From NCBI GenBank assembly GCA_022771765.1, contig JALELN010000043.1, forward strand, positions 1 to 51,864: a stretch of DNA of 51,864 nt. Reading direction: 5' to 3'. The notes below the pieces were generated by a model. That model worked only from the letters and a program-made list of their open reading frames with translations. It ran no database searches and was not told the origin of the DNA. Positions 29,032 to 38,665 of the stretch are shown here, piece by piece. Position 1 is the first letter of the stretch; each line of letters opens with the position of its first letter. A program made the position numbers and the translations under genes. The DNA is from Lachnospiraceae bacterium (lineage in GTDB: Bacteria > Bacillota > Clostridia > Lachnospirales > Lachnospiraceae).

Positions 29032-30120
29032 ATGATTGAACAAAAAGAACACTTCCACGGAAGTGATTTAGAAAAAATTGAAAAAATATATGGTATTCAC
29101 AAAGAAGACATCACCAGTTTTTCAGCAAATGTCAATCCCCTTGGCATCTCTCCGAAACTGCGTGAAACGCTGGCAGCACACGTGGATGCCATTACAACCT
29201 ATCCGGACAGGGAATATTCTTCTCTGCGCAGCTGCATTGCCGAATACGTAGGTGCAGACATGAAAAATATCCTCGTGGGCAACGGCTCCACTGAGCTGAT
29301 CTCTCTCATTATCCGGATCGAGCGCCCGAAAAAAGCAATGATAATCGGTCCCACCTACTCCGAATACGAACGCGAGGTCAAGCTGGGCGGCGGCACGACG
29401 ATTTATTACCCTTTGCGCGAAGCAGACGGCTTCCGGATCCAGCCGGACGATTTCATCTCCAAGCTGAATGAATCCATTGATCTGCTCATCATCTGCAACC
29501 CGAACAATCCCACAAGTACATGCATTACCAGCCGACAGATGCGGCGTATTCTCGATGCCTGCAAAGAGCATGGAATTTTTGTCATGATCGACGAAACCTA
29601 TGTAGAATTTGCAGCGGAGGTAGACAAAGTAACTGCTATTCCTCTGACAAAATATTACGACAATCTGATCATCCTTCGCGGTACGAGCAAATTTTTTGCA
29701 GCTCCGGGACTGCGCCTCGGCTACGCCGTGACCGGTAACCGCGACTTATTAAAAAATTTAAGCACACGCCAGAATCCCTGGAGCATCAGTTCCCTGGCCG
29801 CAATTGCCGGAGAAATCATGTTTACTGATCAGGAATATATTGAAAAGACGCGCGCACTCATCTCCTCCGAGCGAACACGCATGTATCACATGCTGTCCGC
29901 GCATCCCGACTACAAGGTGTATGAGCCGTCTGCAAACTTTCTGTTGGTCAAGCTCCTTCGCGAGGATCAGACAAGTGAAACGCTCTTTGACAAGGCAATC
30001 AGACGCTGCATGATGATCCGTGACTGTTCCACCTTCCCGTTCCTCGACGACCGCTACATCCGTTTCTGCATTATGAGTCCTTCGATGAACGACAAACTGA
30101 TGGAATGTATTTTAGAGTAA
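29032..30120 (+). CDS. PLP-dependent threonine-phosphate decarboxylase CobD / HisC-like enzyme
   Basis: HGSD, FSANVNPLG, GNGSTELI, CNPNNPT, DETYVEF, SKFFAAPGLRLGY. Confidence 0.85.
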   Translation: MIEQKEHFHGSDLEKIEKIYGIHKEDITSFSANVNPLGISPKLRETLAAHVDAITTYPDREYSSLRSCIAEYVGADMKNILVGNGSTELISLIIRIERPKKAMIIGPTYSEYEREVKLGGGTTIYYPLREADGFRIQPDDFISKLNESIDLLIICNPNNPTSTCITSRQMRRILDACKEHGIFVMIDETYVEFAAEVDKVTAIPLTKYYDNLIILRGTSKFFAAPGLRLGYAVTGNRDLLKNLSTRQNPWSISSLAAIAGEIMFTDQEYIEKTRALISSERTRMYHMLSAHPDYKVYEPSANFLLVKLLREDQTSETLFDKAIRRCMMIRDCSTFPFLDDRYIRFCIMSPSMNDKLMECILE

Positions 30121-30127
30121 TAAAGGA

Positions 30128-30263
30128 AAAAAGAGATGTGTTCTCTGCGATTTTGCCCGTCCGAGCTTGACGATGGGGGAACGAGGTCTGGGATGACCTC
30201 GGATTTGACCCGACCGAAGCAGAGCGTAGAAAAGGGCAATCGAGCAGAAACACATCTCTTTTT
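30128..30263. repeat. Structured palindromic intergenic element, copy 1
   Basis: 15-bp perfect terminal IR aaaaagagatgtgtt/aacacatctcttttt, inner hairpin cgaggtc/gacctcg; between convergent genes. Confidence 0.75.
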
Positions 30264-30268
30264 ATTTA

Positions 30269-31492
30269 TTAGAATTTAATCTCTTTCCCGTTCAGTCTCC
30301 ACTGGCGCATCTCAGCCGCCGCGGAAAGCAACAGATCAGAGGAGGAATTCAGTGCTGTCTCGACAGAATCCTGTACAACACCAATGATAAATCCGACTGC
30401 AACCACCTGATATGCAACCGTATCGGGAATACCGAACAGTGAGCACGCAAGCGGAATTAAAAGCAGTGAACCACCGGCAACACCGGAAGCGCCACATGCG
30501 GATAATGCAGCCAGAATACTGAGGATGATTGCAGAAGGGATATCCACACCGATTCCCAGAGTCGCCGCAGTAGCCATTGTCATGACTGTAATGGTGATGG
30601 CTGCTCCGTCCATGTTGATCGTCGCGCCCAGCGGAATCGTCACGGAATAGGTATCTTTATCCAGTCCGAACTCCTCACACGCCTTCATATTGACAGGAAT
30701 GTTTGCAGCAGAGCTGCGCGTAAAGAATGCGGTAATCGCGCTCTTTTTTAAGCACTTGAGAATCAATGGATACGGATTCTTTCGAATACACCAGTATACG
30801 AGGATCGGGTTGGTAACAAAATAGATGAACAGCATACATCCCACCAGCAACAATAGCAGTTTTCCGTAGGATGTAAAGATATCCATACCATTTTCAGAAA
30901 CAGTCGTAAATACCAGACCGAGAATTCCAAAGGGTGCCAGATTGATAATCCATGTAACAACCTGTGACAGTGCGGCAGAAATATCGCTCAGCACCTTCTT
31001 TGTTCCGTCACCCGCCGCTTTAAACGCCATTCCGATCAATACTGCCCATGCGAGAATTCCCACATAGTTGGCATTTGAAATAGATGCTACAGGGTTAGAA
31101 ACAACATTCATCAACAGATTTTTTAATACATCCACAACCCCCTGCGGCGCAGCGGTATCAGTCACCGCATCCACCAGCACCATCTGAATCGGAAACAGCC
31201 TGCTGGCAATGACGGCGATAAACGCCGCCAGAAATGTGCTGAACATATACAGAATAATCACTGTACGGATCACACCGCCATGACTGCCTGTCGCATTACT
31301 AAGCGAACTGATAACCAGAAAGAATACCAGAAGTGGTGCAATTGCCTTTAATGCACCAACAAAAATATCACCCAGAATACCGATCGCTGTGGCCTGCGGC
31401 ACAACCAGTCCCAAAACTGCGCCAATAATCAGACCGATCAGAATACGGATCACAAGACTGATATTCGTCCATGATTCCCATACTTTCTTCAT
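30269..31492 (-). CDS. sstT: Serine/threonine:Na+ symporter SstT
   Basis: FVGALKAIAP, AFFTRSSAANIPVNM, IPLGATINMDGAA, CGASGVAGGSLLLIP, QDSVETALNSS. Confidence 0.93.
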   Translation of the reverse strand: MKKVWESWTNISLVIRILIGLIIGAVLGLVVPQATAIGILGDIFVGALKAIAPLLVFFLVISSLSNATGSHGGVIRTVIILYMFSTFLAAFIAVIASRLFPIQMVLVDAVTDTAAPQGVVDVLKNLLMNVVSNPVASISNANYVGILAWAVLIGMAFKAAGDGTKKVLSDISAALSQVVTWIINLAPFGILGLVFTTVSENGMDIFTSYGKLLLLLVGCMLFIYFVTNPILVYWCIRKNPYPLILKCLKKSAITAFFTRSSAANIPVNMKACEEFGLDKDTYSVTIPLGATINMDGAAITITVMTMATAATLGIGVDIPSAIILSILAALSACGASGVAGGSLLLIPLACSLFGIPDTVAYQVVAVGFIIGVVQDSVETALNSSSDLLLSAAAEMRQWRLNGKEIKF

Positions 31493-31506
31493 TTCTCATT
31501 TCCCCT

Positions 31507-32892
31507 TTATTTTGCAGATAAATACTCATCAATTCCCTTTGCAGCAGCCTTTCCCGCACCCATTGCAAGAATAACGGTTGCTGCTCCGGTCACTGCATCA
31601 CCACCGGCATACACGCCCGCTTTTGAGGTAGCCCCGGTGTCCTCAGCAGCCACAATACATTTTCTCCGGTTAATCTCCAGACCCTTTGTCGTAGAAGAGA
31701 TCAACGGGTTCGGCGAAGTACCGAGAGACATGATCACCGTGTCTGCCTCAATCTCATACTCTGATCCCGGAATTTCAACCGGACTTCTTCTTCCGGACTC
31801 ATCCGGCTCACCAAGCTCCATCTTGATAATCTTAATACCCTTGACCCAGCCGTTCTCATCCACAAGAATCTCAGTCGGATTCTGGAGCAGATCAAAAATA
31901 ATGCCCTCCTCCTTTGCGTGATGAACTTCCTCCACACGGGCGGGAAGCTCTGCCTCACCACGACGGTAAACAACATGTACTTCCGCCCCGAGACGAAGCG
32001 CGGTTCTTGCCGCATCCATAGCAACATTACCGCCACCGACAACAACGACCTTCTTGCCGCGGCTGATCGGCGTATCATAATCATCCTTAAACGCCTTCAT
32101 CAGATTATTTCTGGTTAAAAACTCATTGGCAGAGAACACGCCATTTGCCTGCTCGCCGGGAATGCCCATAAATCTGGGAAGTCCTGCACCGGATCCGATA
32201 AAGACAGCCTCAAAACCTTCCTTCTCGATCAACTCATCAATCGTTGTGGACTTTCCGATGACAACATTTGTCTCGATCTTAACACCCAATGATTTTACGT
32301 TTTCCACCTCTGCAGCTACGACCTTTGTCTTCGGTAAACGGAATTCCGGAATACCATAGCTGAGCACACCGCCGGCCTCATGCAGTGCCTCAAAGATGGT
32401 CACTTCATAACCGAGCTTTGCCAAATCTCCGGCGCAGGTCAGTCCTGCCGGGCCGGAACCGATGACAGCAACCTTATGTCCATTCATCTTTTCGGCCTTT
32501 TTCGGTTTAATTCCGTTCTCCCTTGCCCAGTCAGCCACAAAACGCTCCAGCTTTCCGATGGATACCGGATCACCCTTAATACCACGGACACACCTGCCCT
32601 CACACTGACTCTCCTGCGGACATACACGACCACAGACTGCCGGAAGTGCCGAGGACTCGCTGATAATCTGATATGCCTCCTCAAACTGACGCTCTTTCAC
32701 TTTCTGAATAAATGCGGGAATATTGATTGAAACCGGACATCCCTGCACACATAAAGGATTCTTACAGTTCAGGCAGCGCTTTGCCTCCTCAACTGCTTCC
32801 TCCTCATTATATCCTAAACATACTTCCTCAAAATTCGTAGCACGTACCTTCGGGTCCTGCTCACGAACGGGTACTCTTGTCATTCCTTCCAT
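31507..32892 (-). CDS. nfnB: NfnB / glutamate synthase small-subunit-like flavoprotein
   Basis: RCLNC..P.C.QGCP, CGRVCPQE.QC, GSGPAG, GGGNVAMD; paired with NfnA-like gene; no gltB nearby. Confidence 0.85.
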   Translation of the reverse strand: MEGMTRVPVREQDPKVRATNFEEVCLGYNEEEAVEEAKRCLNCKNPLCVQGCPVSINIPAFIQKVKERQFEEAYQIISESSALPAVCGRVCPQESQCEGRCVRGIKGDPVSIGKLERFVADWARENGIKPKKAEKMNGHKVAVIGSGPAGLTCAGDLAKLGYEVTIFEALHEAGGVLSYGIPEFRLPKTKVVAAEVENVKSLGVKIETNVVIGKSTTIDELIEKEGFEAVFIGSGAGLPRFMGIPGEQANGVFSANEFLTRNNLMKAFKDDYDTPISRGKKVVVVGGGNVAMDAARTALRLGAEVHVVYRRGEAELPARVEEVHHAKEEGIIFDLLQNPTEILVDENGWVKGIKIIKMELGEPDESGRRSPVEIPGSEYEIEADTVIMSLGTSPNPLISSTTKGLEINRRKCIVAAEDTGATSKAGVYAGGDAVTGAATVILAMGAGKAAAKGIDEYLSAK

Positions 32893-33785
32893 TACTTGTC
32901 ACCTCCACAATGTCCGCAACCGCCGTGATGGGTATCGCCCTCCTCTAAAGCAAGCTTTGCTCTGCCCTCTTCGGTCTTGTACTGCTGCATTCTCTTCATT
33001 GCCTGATCAAAATCAACCAGATGTCCGTCAAATTCCGGTCCGTCCACACATGCAAACTTCACCTGATCTCCCACAACCAGACGACAGGCACCGCACATAC
33101 CGGTTCCGTCTACCATGATCGGGTTCATGGAAACAATCGTCGGAAGATTCAGCTTCTTTGTCAGGATGCAAACGAATTTCATCATGATCATCGGTCCGAT
33201 TGCCACGCAGTGATCATAAGTTACACCCTCATCATACAGTGCCTGAAGCTGTGCCGTTCCGACACCGTGGAAACCAAAGCTTCCATCATCGGTACACACA
33301 TAGCAGTTCTTTGATACTGCCTTCATCTCATCCATGTAGAACAACAGATCTTTCGTACGGGAGCCCATGATCACATCTGCTTCCACACCATGCTCATGCA
33401 GCCATTTTACCTGCGGATATACAGGGGCGGTTCCGAGACCACCGGCAATAAATACAATTTTTTTCTTTCTGGTCTCCTCCAGATTTTCCTCCAGACAAAG
33501 CTCGGAGGGGCAGCCCAAAGGACCTACGAAATCCTGAAATGCTTCCATTGTGTCGATGTCTCTGAGCATGCGCTCTGTAGACGCACCAACAGCCTGAACA
33601 ACAATTGTCACTGTTCCGGCTTCTCTGTCATAGTCGCAGATCGTCAGAGGGATACGCTCTCCCTTTTCATCTGTCTTTACAATTACAAACTGACCCGGCA
33701 GGCAGGACTTCGCACAGCGCTCTGCCTTCACTTCCATCAGGAAGATCTTTTCAGCCAAAATCTCTTTCTTCACGATCGGGTACAT
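32892..33785 (-). CDS. nfnA: NfnA / PyrK-like FAD and [2Fe-2S] subunit
   Basis: PGQFVI, ERIPLT, GGLGTAP, MVDGTGMCGACR...CVDGPEFD. Confidence 0.85.
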   Translation of the reverse strand: MYPIVKKEILAEKIFLMEVKAERCAKSCLPGQFVIVKTDEKGERIPLTICDYDREAGTVTIVVQAVGASTERMLRDIDTMEAFQDFVGPLGCPSELCLEENLEETRKKKIVFIAGGLGTAPVYPQVKWLHEHGVEADVIMGSRTKDLLFYMDEMKAVSKNCYVCTDDGSFGFHGVGTAQLQALYDEGVTYDHCVAIGPMIMMKFVCILTKKLNLPTIVSMNPIMVDGTGMCGACRLVVGDQVKFACVDGPEFDGHLVDFDQAMKRMQQYKTEEGRAKLALEEGDTHHGGCGHCGGDK

Positions 33786-33938
33786 ACTTTTTCCTCCATT
33801 CATCTAATCCACTTATCGCGAGATCGGTTTCTATTTATGCCGCGCGACGGCATATTACTACTATAATAAAATAATGTGACATTTTTTTCAATCCAAATTG
33901 TAAGATTCATCGAAAAAAATGCCACATATTTAAAAAAT

Positions 33939-34529
33939 TTAAAATTCAAACTCATATTTTTCATACGCATTGATAATCGTTGTCGAACCATAGGAATTAA
34001 TCCTCTCATGGTTGACTCCATAATTCATATGCACATGACCGTGAACCATATATTTCGGCTGATAATCATCCAGCAGCTTTTTCAGGCATTCAAATCCCAC
34101 ATGTGTAGGATCCTCCGCGTCTCCCAGACCTCTGGCCGGTGAATGTGTCAGAAGAATGTCAAAGCCACCATTCTTTTTCAACTGTCTCCGCAGTTTTTTG
34201 ATGCGCCGCTCCATCTCCTGTTCCGTGTACTGATCCGGCCCCGGCTTGTATCGAATACTTCCGCCCAGGCCGAGTACGCGTATGCCCTTATAGTTGTAGA
34301 TCATATCCTCCACACATACACATCCACCGGGACTGCGCTTCCCGTGTGTGCGGTCGTGATTACCGTATACGTGCAGAATCTCTGCCGGCGAATACATGCT
34401 TAAAAACTCCAGATAGTCCGGCTTTAGATCACCTGCCGCCAGTATCAGATCGATACTGCACAGATAATCCCTATCCAGATACTCCCATAGAGCTTTGGAT
34501 TCCACATCCGCCAATGTCAATATTTTCAT
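33939..34529 (-). CDS. Calcineurin-like metallophosphoesterase
   Basis: LADVE, AGDL, GNHD, THSP, HGHVH motifs. Confidence 0.9.
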   Translation of the reverse strand: MKILTLADVESKALWEYLDRDYLCSIDLILAAGDLKPDYLEFLSMYSPAEILHVYGNHDRTHGKRSPGGCVCVEDMIYNYKGIRVLGLGGSIRYKPGPDQYTEQEMERRIKKLRRQLKKNGGFDILLTHSPARGLGDAEDPTHVGFECLKKLLDDYQPKYMVHGHVHMNYGVNHERINSYGSTTIINAYEKYEFEF

Positions 34530-34553
34530 AACAGTCCTCTCCCCATGAAACGG

Positions 34554-36485
34554 TTACGATTCTTCATTCTGGGCAACATCCCCTTGCAGCAGTACAAGCG
34601 GTAATGCCTCATCCTTAAGTTCGCTGAAAGAAGGAACCTTTCCCTCCACGTTATCAAGCAGCCAGTCCATCTTCACGATCTCCTTGTGACTCATGTGCGC
34701 ACCGTTCTCCTGCCGAAGCGTTCCTTCATTGTCAATCAATTCTGTATCAAATGGTTTAAACTGTCCCTTTTTGATCAATTCCGTCATCAGTGATACAAGA
34801 CGTCTTGTCTCTGCCGGAAGTTTTCCGGAGCAGATCAACTCAGTCACTCCCGCCGACATTCCCCACCAATAATTGATGGCTCGGTTTTTGTTTGCATTCG
34901 TATCTGTCTTCCATGTATCATTTCTGATACCCTGTATAATCTGTTCATAAAATTTGCCCCAGTGGCAGACAGTCGTCGCGATACTTGTCAGCTTTTCTCC
35001 GTCACGCTCATACAGACCAAAGCGCCGGCTCGGATGCTCCGGAACGATAAAATCCTTATCTGAAATGTAACGGATACCTGCATCCAGACGCTCCACCGGT
35101 TGCACATCACCTTTGAGCGATGACCAGGTCAGCTGAATTTTCGCTCTTGTATTTACCATTTTTGCTCCCAGCGCAAAGGCGTTGATATTGGAGATTGTAC
35201 TGAATATGGGATAATCCGCAATGTAGCCGATTCGCTCCTCCCCTGCCAGTGACCCCGCAATCAGACCAAGCAAAAACTTAGTCTCATACATCCGACAGTA
35301 GTATGTGCGGATACTGTTGTAGGTTGAGTTCGTGGAGCAGTTTAATATCTTGACCTCAGGATGTGCCACAGCGGCCTTCAGGCTGGCGGCGCTTAAATAA
35401 GGGATCGTTGTAAAAATAATCTGGTTACCGTCACTGATGGCCTGCTCCAGTACGTCCATCGGCGAAAACTGATACTCTGCATGATAGTATGACTTCGTCT
35501 GAATCTGGTCACCAAATACTTCTTCCAGATACAATCTGCCCAGCTCGTGGGCATAAGTCCATGCCGATGTTTTCGGAGTCTTTCCGTAGATAAATCCCAC
35601 CTTCAATGTACGGTTTGATGTCCCGTTCAAAAATGAAATACGCTTAATCAACGGAACGCTCGGCTGCTCTGTCGGCTCCAGCAAAAGCTTCACGGATTGA
35701 TCCTGGACCTGTGTCATAAACTCACGCCAGATACGATCAATCTCATTTTTCAGATCATCATTTGAGCGGAATGGAAGTTCCTTGCGCCCATAAACACGCA
35801 AATAAACGAGAAAGGCATCCCCGGCAGTCACCTTCAGATGCTCTCCTCCCTTCTCTGAAAACAGCTGTTCAAAACGCGAAAAATCACTGCGCAGCTGTTG
35901 CCTTTCATCCTCCTCCCACGGCTGTTTCCACGCTTTTCCGTAAAAGCTGCAAAGCTCCTCGTACGCTCCCTCTGTAGAGAAATCGATCATACAGATCTTG
36001 GATGCCTCATAGAAATCCATATACTCGTAATAGATACGATTCTCAAGATCATCTGTTTTTTTAGGGAGAAGACGGATCACGTTCGCCGTAATGCTGGCAG
36101 CCTTCACATATTTCAGGACGCTGACACGCTTGTTGCCTTCCTGAACATAATAGCGTGTCATATATTCATACGCCAAAATCGGGTCACGAATACCCTCATT
36201 CATCTGTGCCTCATAGAGATTACTCCACTTGACCGCAAACTCAGTATCCTCATCCAAAAGCGGCATAAAATTATTTGCAAAAGAATTCTTTCTTGCCGAA
36301 GTCTTTGTACCTGCAACCATATCCAACGGAATATCCACGATACCCAGCGGCTGCTCACCGCAGATTTCATCTCTTGGAACGAACTCATCAAGTGCCGGCA
36401 GATACGGGTACGAACCGTTCGATACTGCCGACCGTGCTGCTTTCTGCGCCATTCTTTTTGCAATACTATAATCTTCTATCGCCAT
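34554..36485 (-). CDS. Fusion of an N-terminal ParB/Srx-like domain and a C-terminal Bmp/PnrA-type binding domain, no signal peptide
   Basis: N-terminal IPLD.V.GT...PI.AY..YYVQEGNKRVSV; C-terminal KVGFIY..AWTYAHELGR, INAFALGA; RBS GAAGGAG before ATG 36485. Confidence 0.75.
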   Translation of the reverse strand: MAIEDYSIAKRMAQKAARSAVSNGSYPYLPALDEFVPRDEICGEQPLGIVDIPLDMVAGTKTSARKNSFANNFMPLLDEDTEFAVKWSNLYEAQMNEGIRDPILAYEYMTRYYVQEGNKRVSVLKYVKAASITANVIRLLPKKTDDLENRIYYEYMDFYEASKICMIDFSTEGAYEELCSFYGKAWKQPWEEDERQQLRSDFSRFEQLFSEKGGEHLKVTAGDAFLVYLRVYGRKELPFRSNDDLKNEIDRIWREFMTQVQDQSVKLLLEPTEQPSVPLIKRISFLNGTSNRTLKVGFIYGKTPKTSAWTYAHELGRLYLEEVFGDQIQTKSYYHAEYQFSPMDVLEQAISDGNQIIFTTIPYLSAASLKAAVAHPEVKILNCSTNSTYNSIRTYYCRMYETKFLLGLIAGSLAGEERIGYIADYPIFSTISNINAFALGAKMVNTRAKIQLTWSSLKGDVQPVERLDAGIRYISDKDFIVPEHPSRRFGLYERDGEKLTSIATTVCHWGKFYEQIIQGIRNDTWKTDTNANKNRAINYWWGMSAGVTELICSGKLPAETRRLVSLMTELIKKGQFKPFDTELIDNEGTLRQENGAHMSHKEIVKMDWLLDNVEGKVPSFSELKDEALPLVLLQGDVAQNEES

Positions 36486-36538
36486 ATGCTCTCCTTCTGT
36501 TACATAACCATGCATTTGTGAGCTTTTGAATCTTACAA

Positions 36539-37486
36539 CTATGAGAAATAGACCAGCTCATCCTCAGGTTTCTCGGCCGGCTTTACCTCAATCGCGTGCA
36601 ACACCGGCCCCTTTCCCTTATACTCCATTGCAAATTCATAAGCAATCTCCGCGGTCACCCACACCCATGAACGGTGTGCAATGCGATCTGCTTCCTCATA
36701 CTTGCATTTGATACCTATAAACTGAATATCTTCCACACAGCAGGTCATCGCAAAACGACCTGCCACAAATACATCACTTTTCAGTTTGCCCTTTGGATTA
36801 TAGACAAGCGCAAGATATTTCACCTTCTTGCCAGCATATTTTTTCGGATTGTCCATGATATCCATGTAAAAGATTCCGTAATCGGCATCTGAGATATCCA
36901 GAAAATCCGCATTAATATCATATGGCAGTTCCTCGTCATAATTCTCATCAATGGATCCGTCCGCCCGCTCATAGACAATCTGTGCCTTACGATTCTTCGC
37001 CTTGACACTACGACGGAATTTTGCTTTCGGTGTATCATCATCACAGCGATTGAAAATCACCACATCCGAAATAAAAAACTGCTCCAGCATCATCATCCGC
37101 ATATTATTCAGATACATCTCATAGGTCGTCGCATCCACAGTCGTGAGTGTCTGCACGATCGTCCATCCATCCGGTGCGTCCAGATCCAAAAGCGGAGCCA
37201 GTTCCCATGTTCCGTTATACTCGATAAACACCTGATCCGGATGATACTGCTTATGAAGCTCATGAAATTTTTCTCTTGTGATCTGGCTCACATCATCGAT
37301 CATAACCAGACTCGCACCAATCGTTGCCAGTCTGGCTTCGTCCAGTTCCACATCACCGTCCTCGCAAAGAATAATCAAAGTCTTTGCATCCTTGCCGAAC
37401 TCATTTTCAAACAGTGTCTCGGAAATGAGCGAGGTCTTTCCGCTGTCCATAAAGCCGGTAAATAAATATACAGGTATCTCTTCCAT
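36539..37486 (-). CDS. Divergent CobW-like P-loop domain fused to a DUF1980/YcgQ-like C-terminal domain
   Basis: TGFMDSGKT, IEYNG, IFNRCD; C-terminal GRFAMTCCVEDI. Confidence 0.75.
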   Translation of the reverse strand: MEEIPVYLFTGFMDSGKTSLISETLFENEFGKDAKTLIILCEDGDVELDEARLATIGASLVMIDDVSQITREKFHELHKQYHPDQVFIEYNGTWELAPLLDLDAPDGWTIVQTLTTVDATTYEMYLNNMRMMMLEQFFISDVVIFNRCDDDTPKAKFRRSVKAKNRKAQIVYERADGSIDENYDEELPYDINADFLDISDADYGIFYMDIMDNPKKYAGKKVKYLALVYNPKGKLKSDVFVAGRFAMTCCVEDIQFIGIKCKYEEADRIAHRSWVWVTAEIAYEFAMEYKGKGPVLHAIEVKPAEKPEDELVYFS

Positions 37487-37512
37487 GTCTTTCACATCTC
37501 CTCACGCCATTG

Positions 37513-38628
37513 CTACGAAAGTAAAAACAGACGCTCTAACTCATCCTCTTTTAAATCACAGCCAATCACACACAATCTGCCGGTATAGTCCGGCTCACCC
37601 TCGCGTAGTTCATATTCACCGGGAACCATATCAAAATAAATCCATCCGCTATCCACGTTCTCGACCATACCTTTTGCACGCAGAATTGTTCCGTAAAACT
37701 CATCGTCGCTCAGCGTTTTTAAGATGCTTTCAATCTCTGTCTTTGTATACTTACGCGGAGTCTCACGGCCCCAGCTTGTAAACACATCATCCGCATGATG
37801 GTGATGTCCATCGTGATCGTGATGATGTCCGCAGGAGCACACACCATTTTCATCATAGTGATGTTCGTGATGCTCATGGTCGTGGTCATGGTGATCATGT
37901 TTCTCGTGATCATCCTCGTGATGGTCATGATGCTCATGGCCGTGGTCATGGTGATCATGCTCCTCGTGATCATGATGATGGTGATGCTCATGCTTTGCAT
38001 GTTCCTCTGCCATCAGCTTCATTTCCAGCGAATCCTGTCCCTCAATCACCTTTAACATTGCCTCACCGGAGATCTGATTCCAGGGAGTCGTGATAATGGC
38101 TGCCTTGCTGTTTAATGCCTGCATCTGTTTCACGCAAAGCTCCAGCTGCTGAGGTGTCGCATTCTGGCTGCGGCTTAAGATGATGGTCGTCGCATACTCA
38201 ATCTGATTGTTGAAAAACTCACCGAACGCCTTCATCTGCTTGCTCGCCTTCGTCGCATTGACCACCGTAATCAATCCGTTTAACGCTACATCCTGTGTCT
38301 TTTCCACATCAATGACAGACTTCATGACATCGGACAATTTACCTACTCCTGAAGGCTCGATTAAAATGCGGTCGGGATGAAATTTTTCGATGACTTCATT
38401 CAGGTTTTTACCAAAATCTCCCACAAGCGAACAGCAGATACAGCCGGAATTCATCTCCGTAATTTCAATACCGGAATCCTTTAAAAATCCTCCGTCGATG
38501 CCAACCTCCCCAAACTCATTCTCGATCAATACCACCTTCTGTCCCTTAAATACTTCTTCGAGCATTTTTTTTATAAAGGTTGTCTTTCCGGCTCCTAAAA
38601 AGCCTGATACAATGTCAATTTTTGTCAT
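37513..38628 (-). CDS. COG0523/CobW-family metallochaperone GTPase with His-rich insert
   Basis: SGFLGAGKTT, ENEFG, GCICC, EPSGV, LRAKG; long His/Asp/Glu tract. Confidence 0.93.
   Translation of the reverse strand: MTKIDIVSGFLGAGKTTFIKKMLEEVFKGQKVVLIENEFGEVGIDGGFLKDSGIEITEMNSGCICCSLVGDFGKNLNEVIEKFHPDRILIEPSGVGKLSDVMKSVIDVEKTQDVALNGLITVVNATKASKQMKAFGEFFNNQIEYATTIILSRSQNATPQQLELCVKQMQALNSKAAIITTPWNQISGEAMLKVIEGQDSLEMKLMAEEHAKHEHHHHHDHEEHDHHDHGHEHHDHHEDDHEKHDHHDHDHEHHEHHYDENGVCSCGHHHDHDGHHHHADDVFTSWGRETPRKYTKTEIESILKTLSDDEFYGTILRAKGMVENVDSGWIYFDMVPGEYELREGEPDYTGRLCVIGCDLKEDELERLFLLS
37861..37980. repeat. Imperfect 60-bp tandem duplication in the His-rich coding tract
   Basis: 37861-37913 matches 37921-37973 with 5 mismatches. 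Confidence 0.8.
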
Positions 38629-38665
38629 TTTTATTCCTTCTTTCTAAAATTATTACCTCATATCA

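Noticed and set aside
30128-30263. Assignment as tRNA, 6S, SRP RNA or hammerhead ribozyme
   Set aside because: No cloverleaf or T-loop, shorter than 6S, no SRP loop motif and no CUGAUGA core; left unassigned
31507-32892. Glutamate synthase
   Set aside because: No large subunit is adjacent, and pairing with a PyrK-like gene fits NfnAB
37795-38055. Met/Val-rich plus-strand ORF and the repetitive tract as a CRISPR array
   Set aside because: It is the antisense shadow of His/Asp codons; there is no repeat-spacer structure
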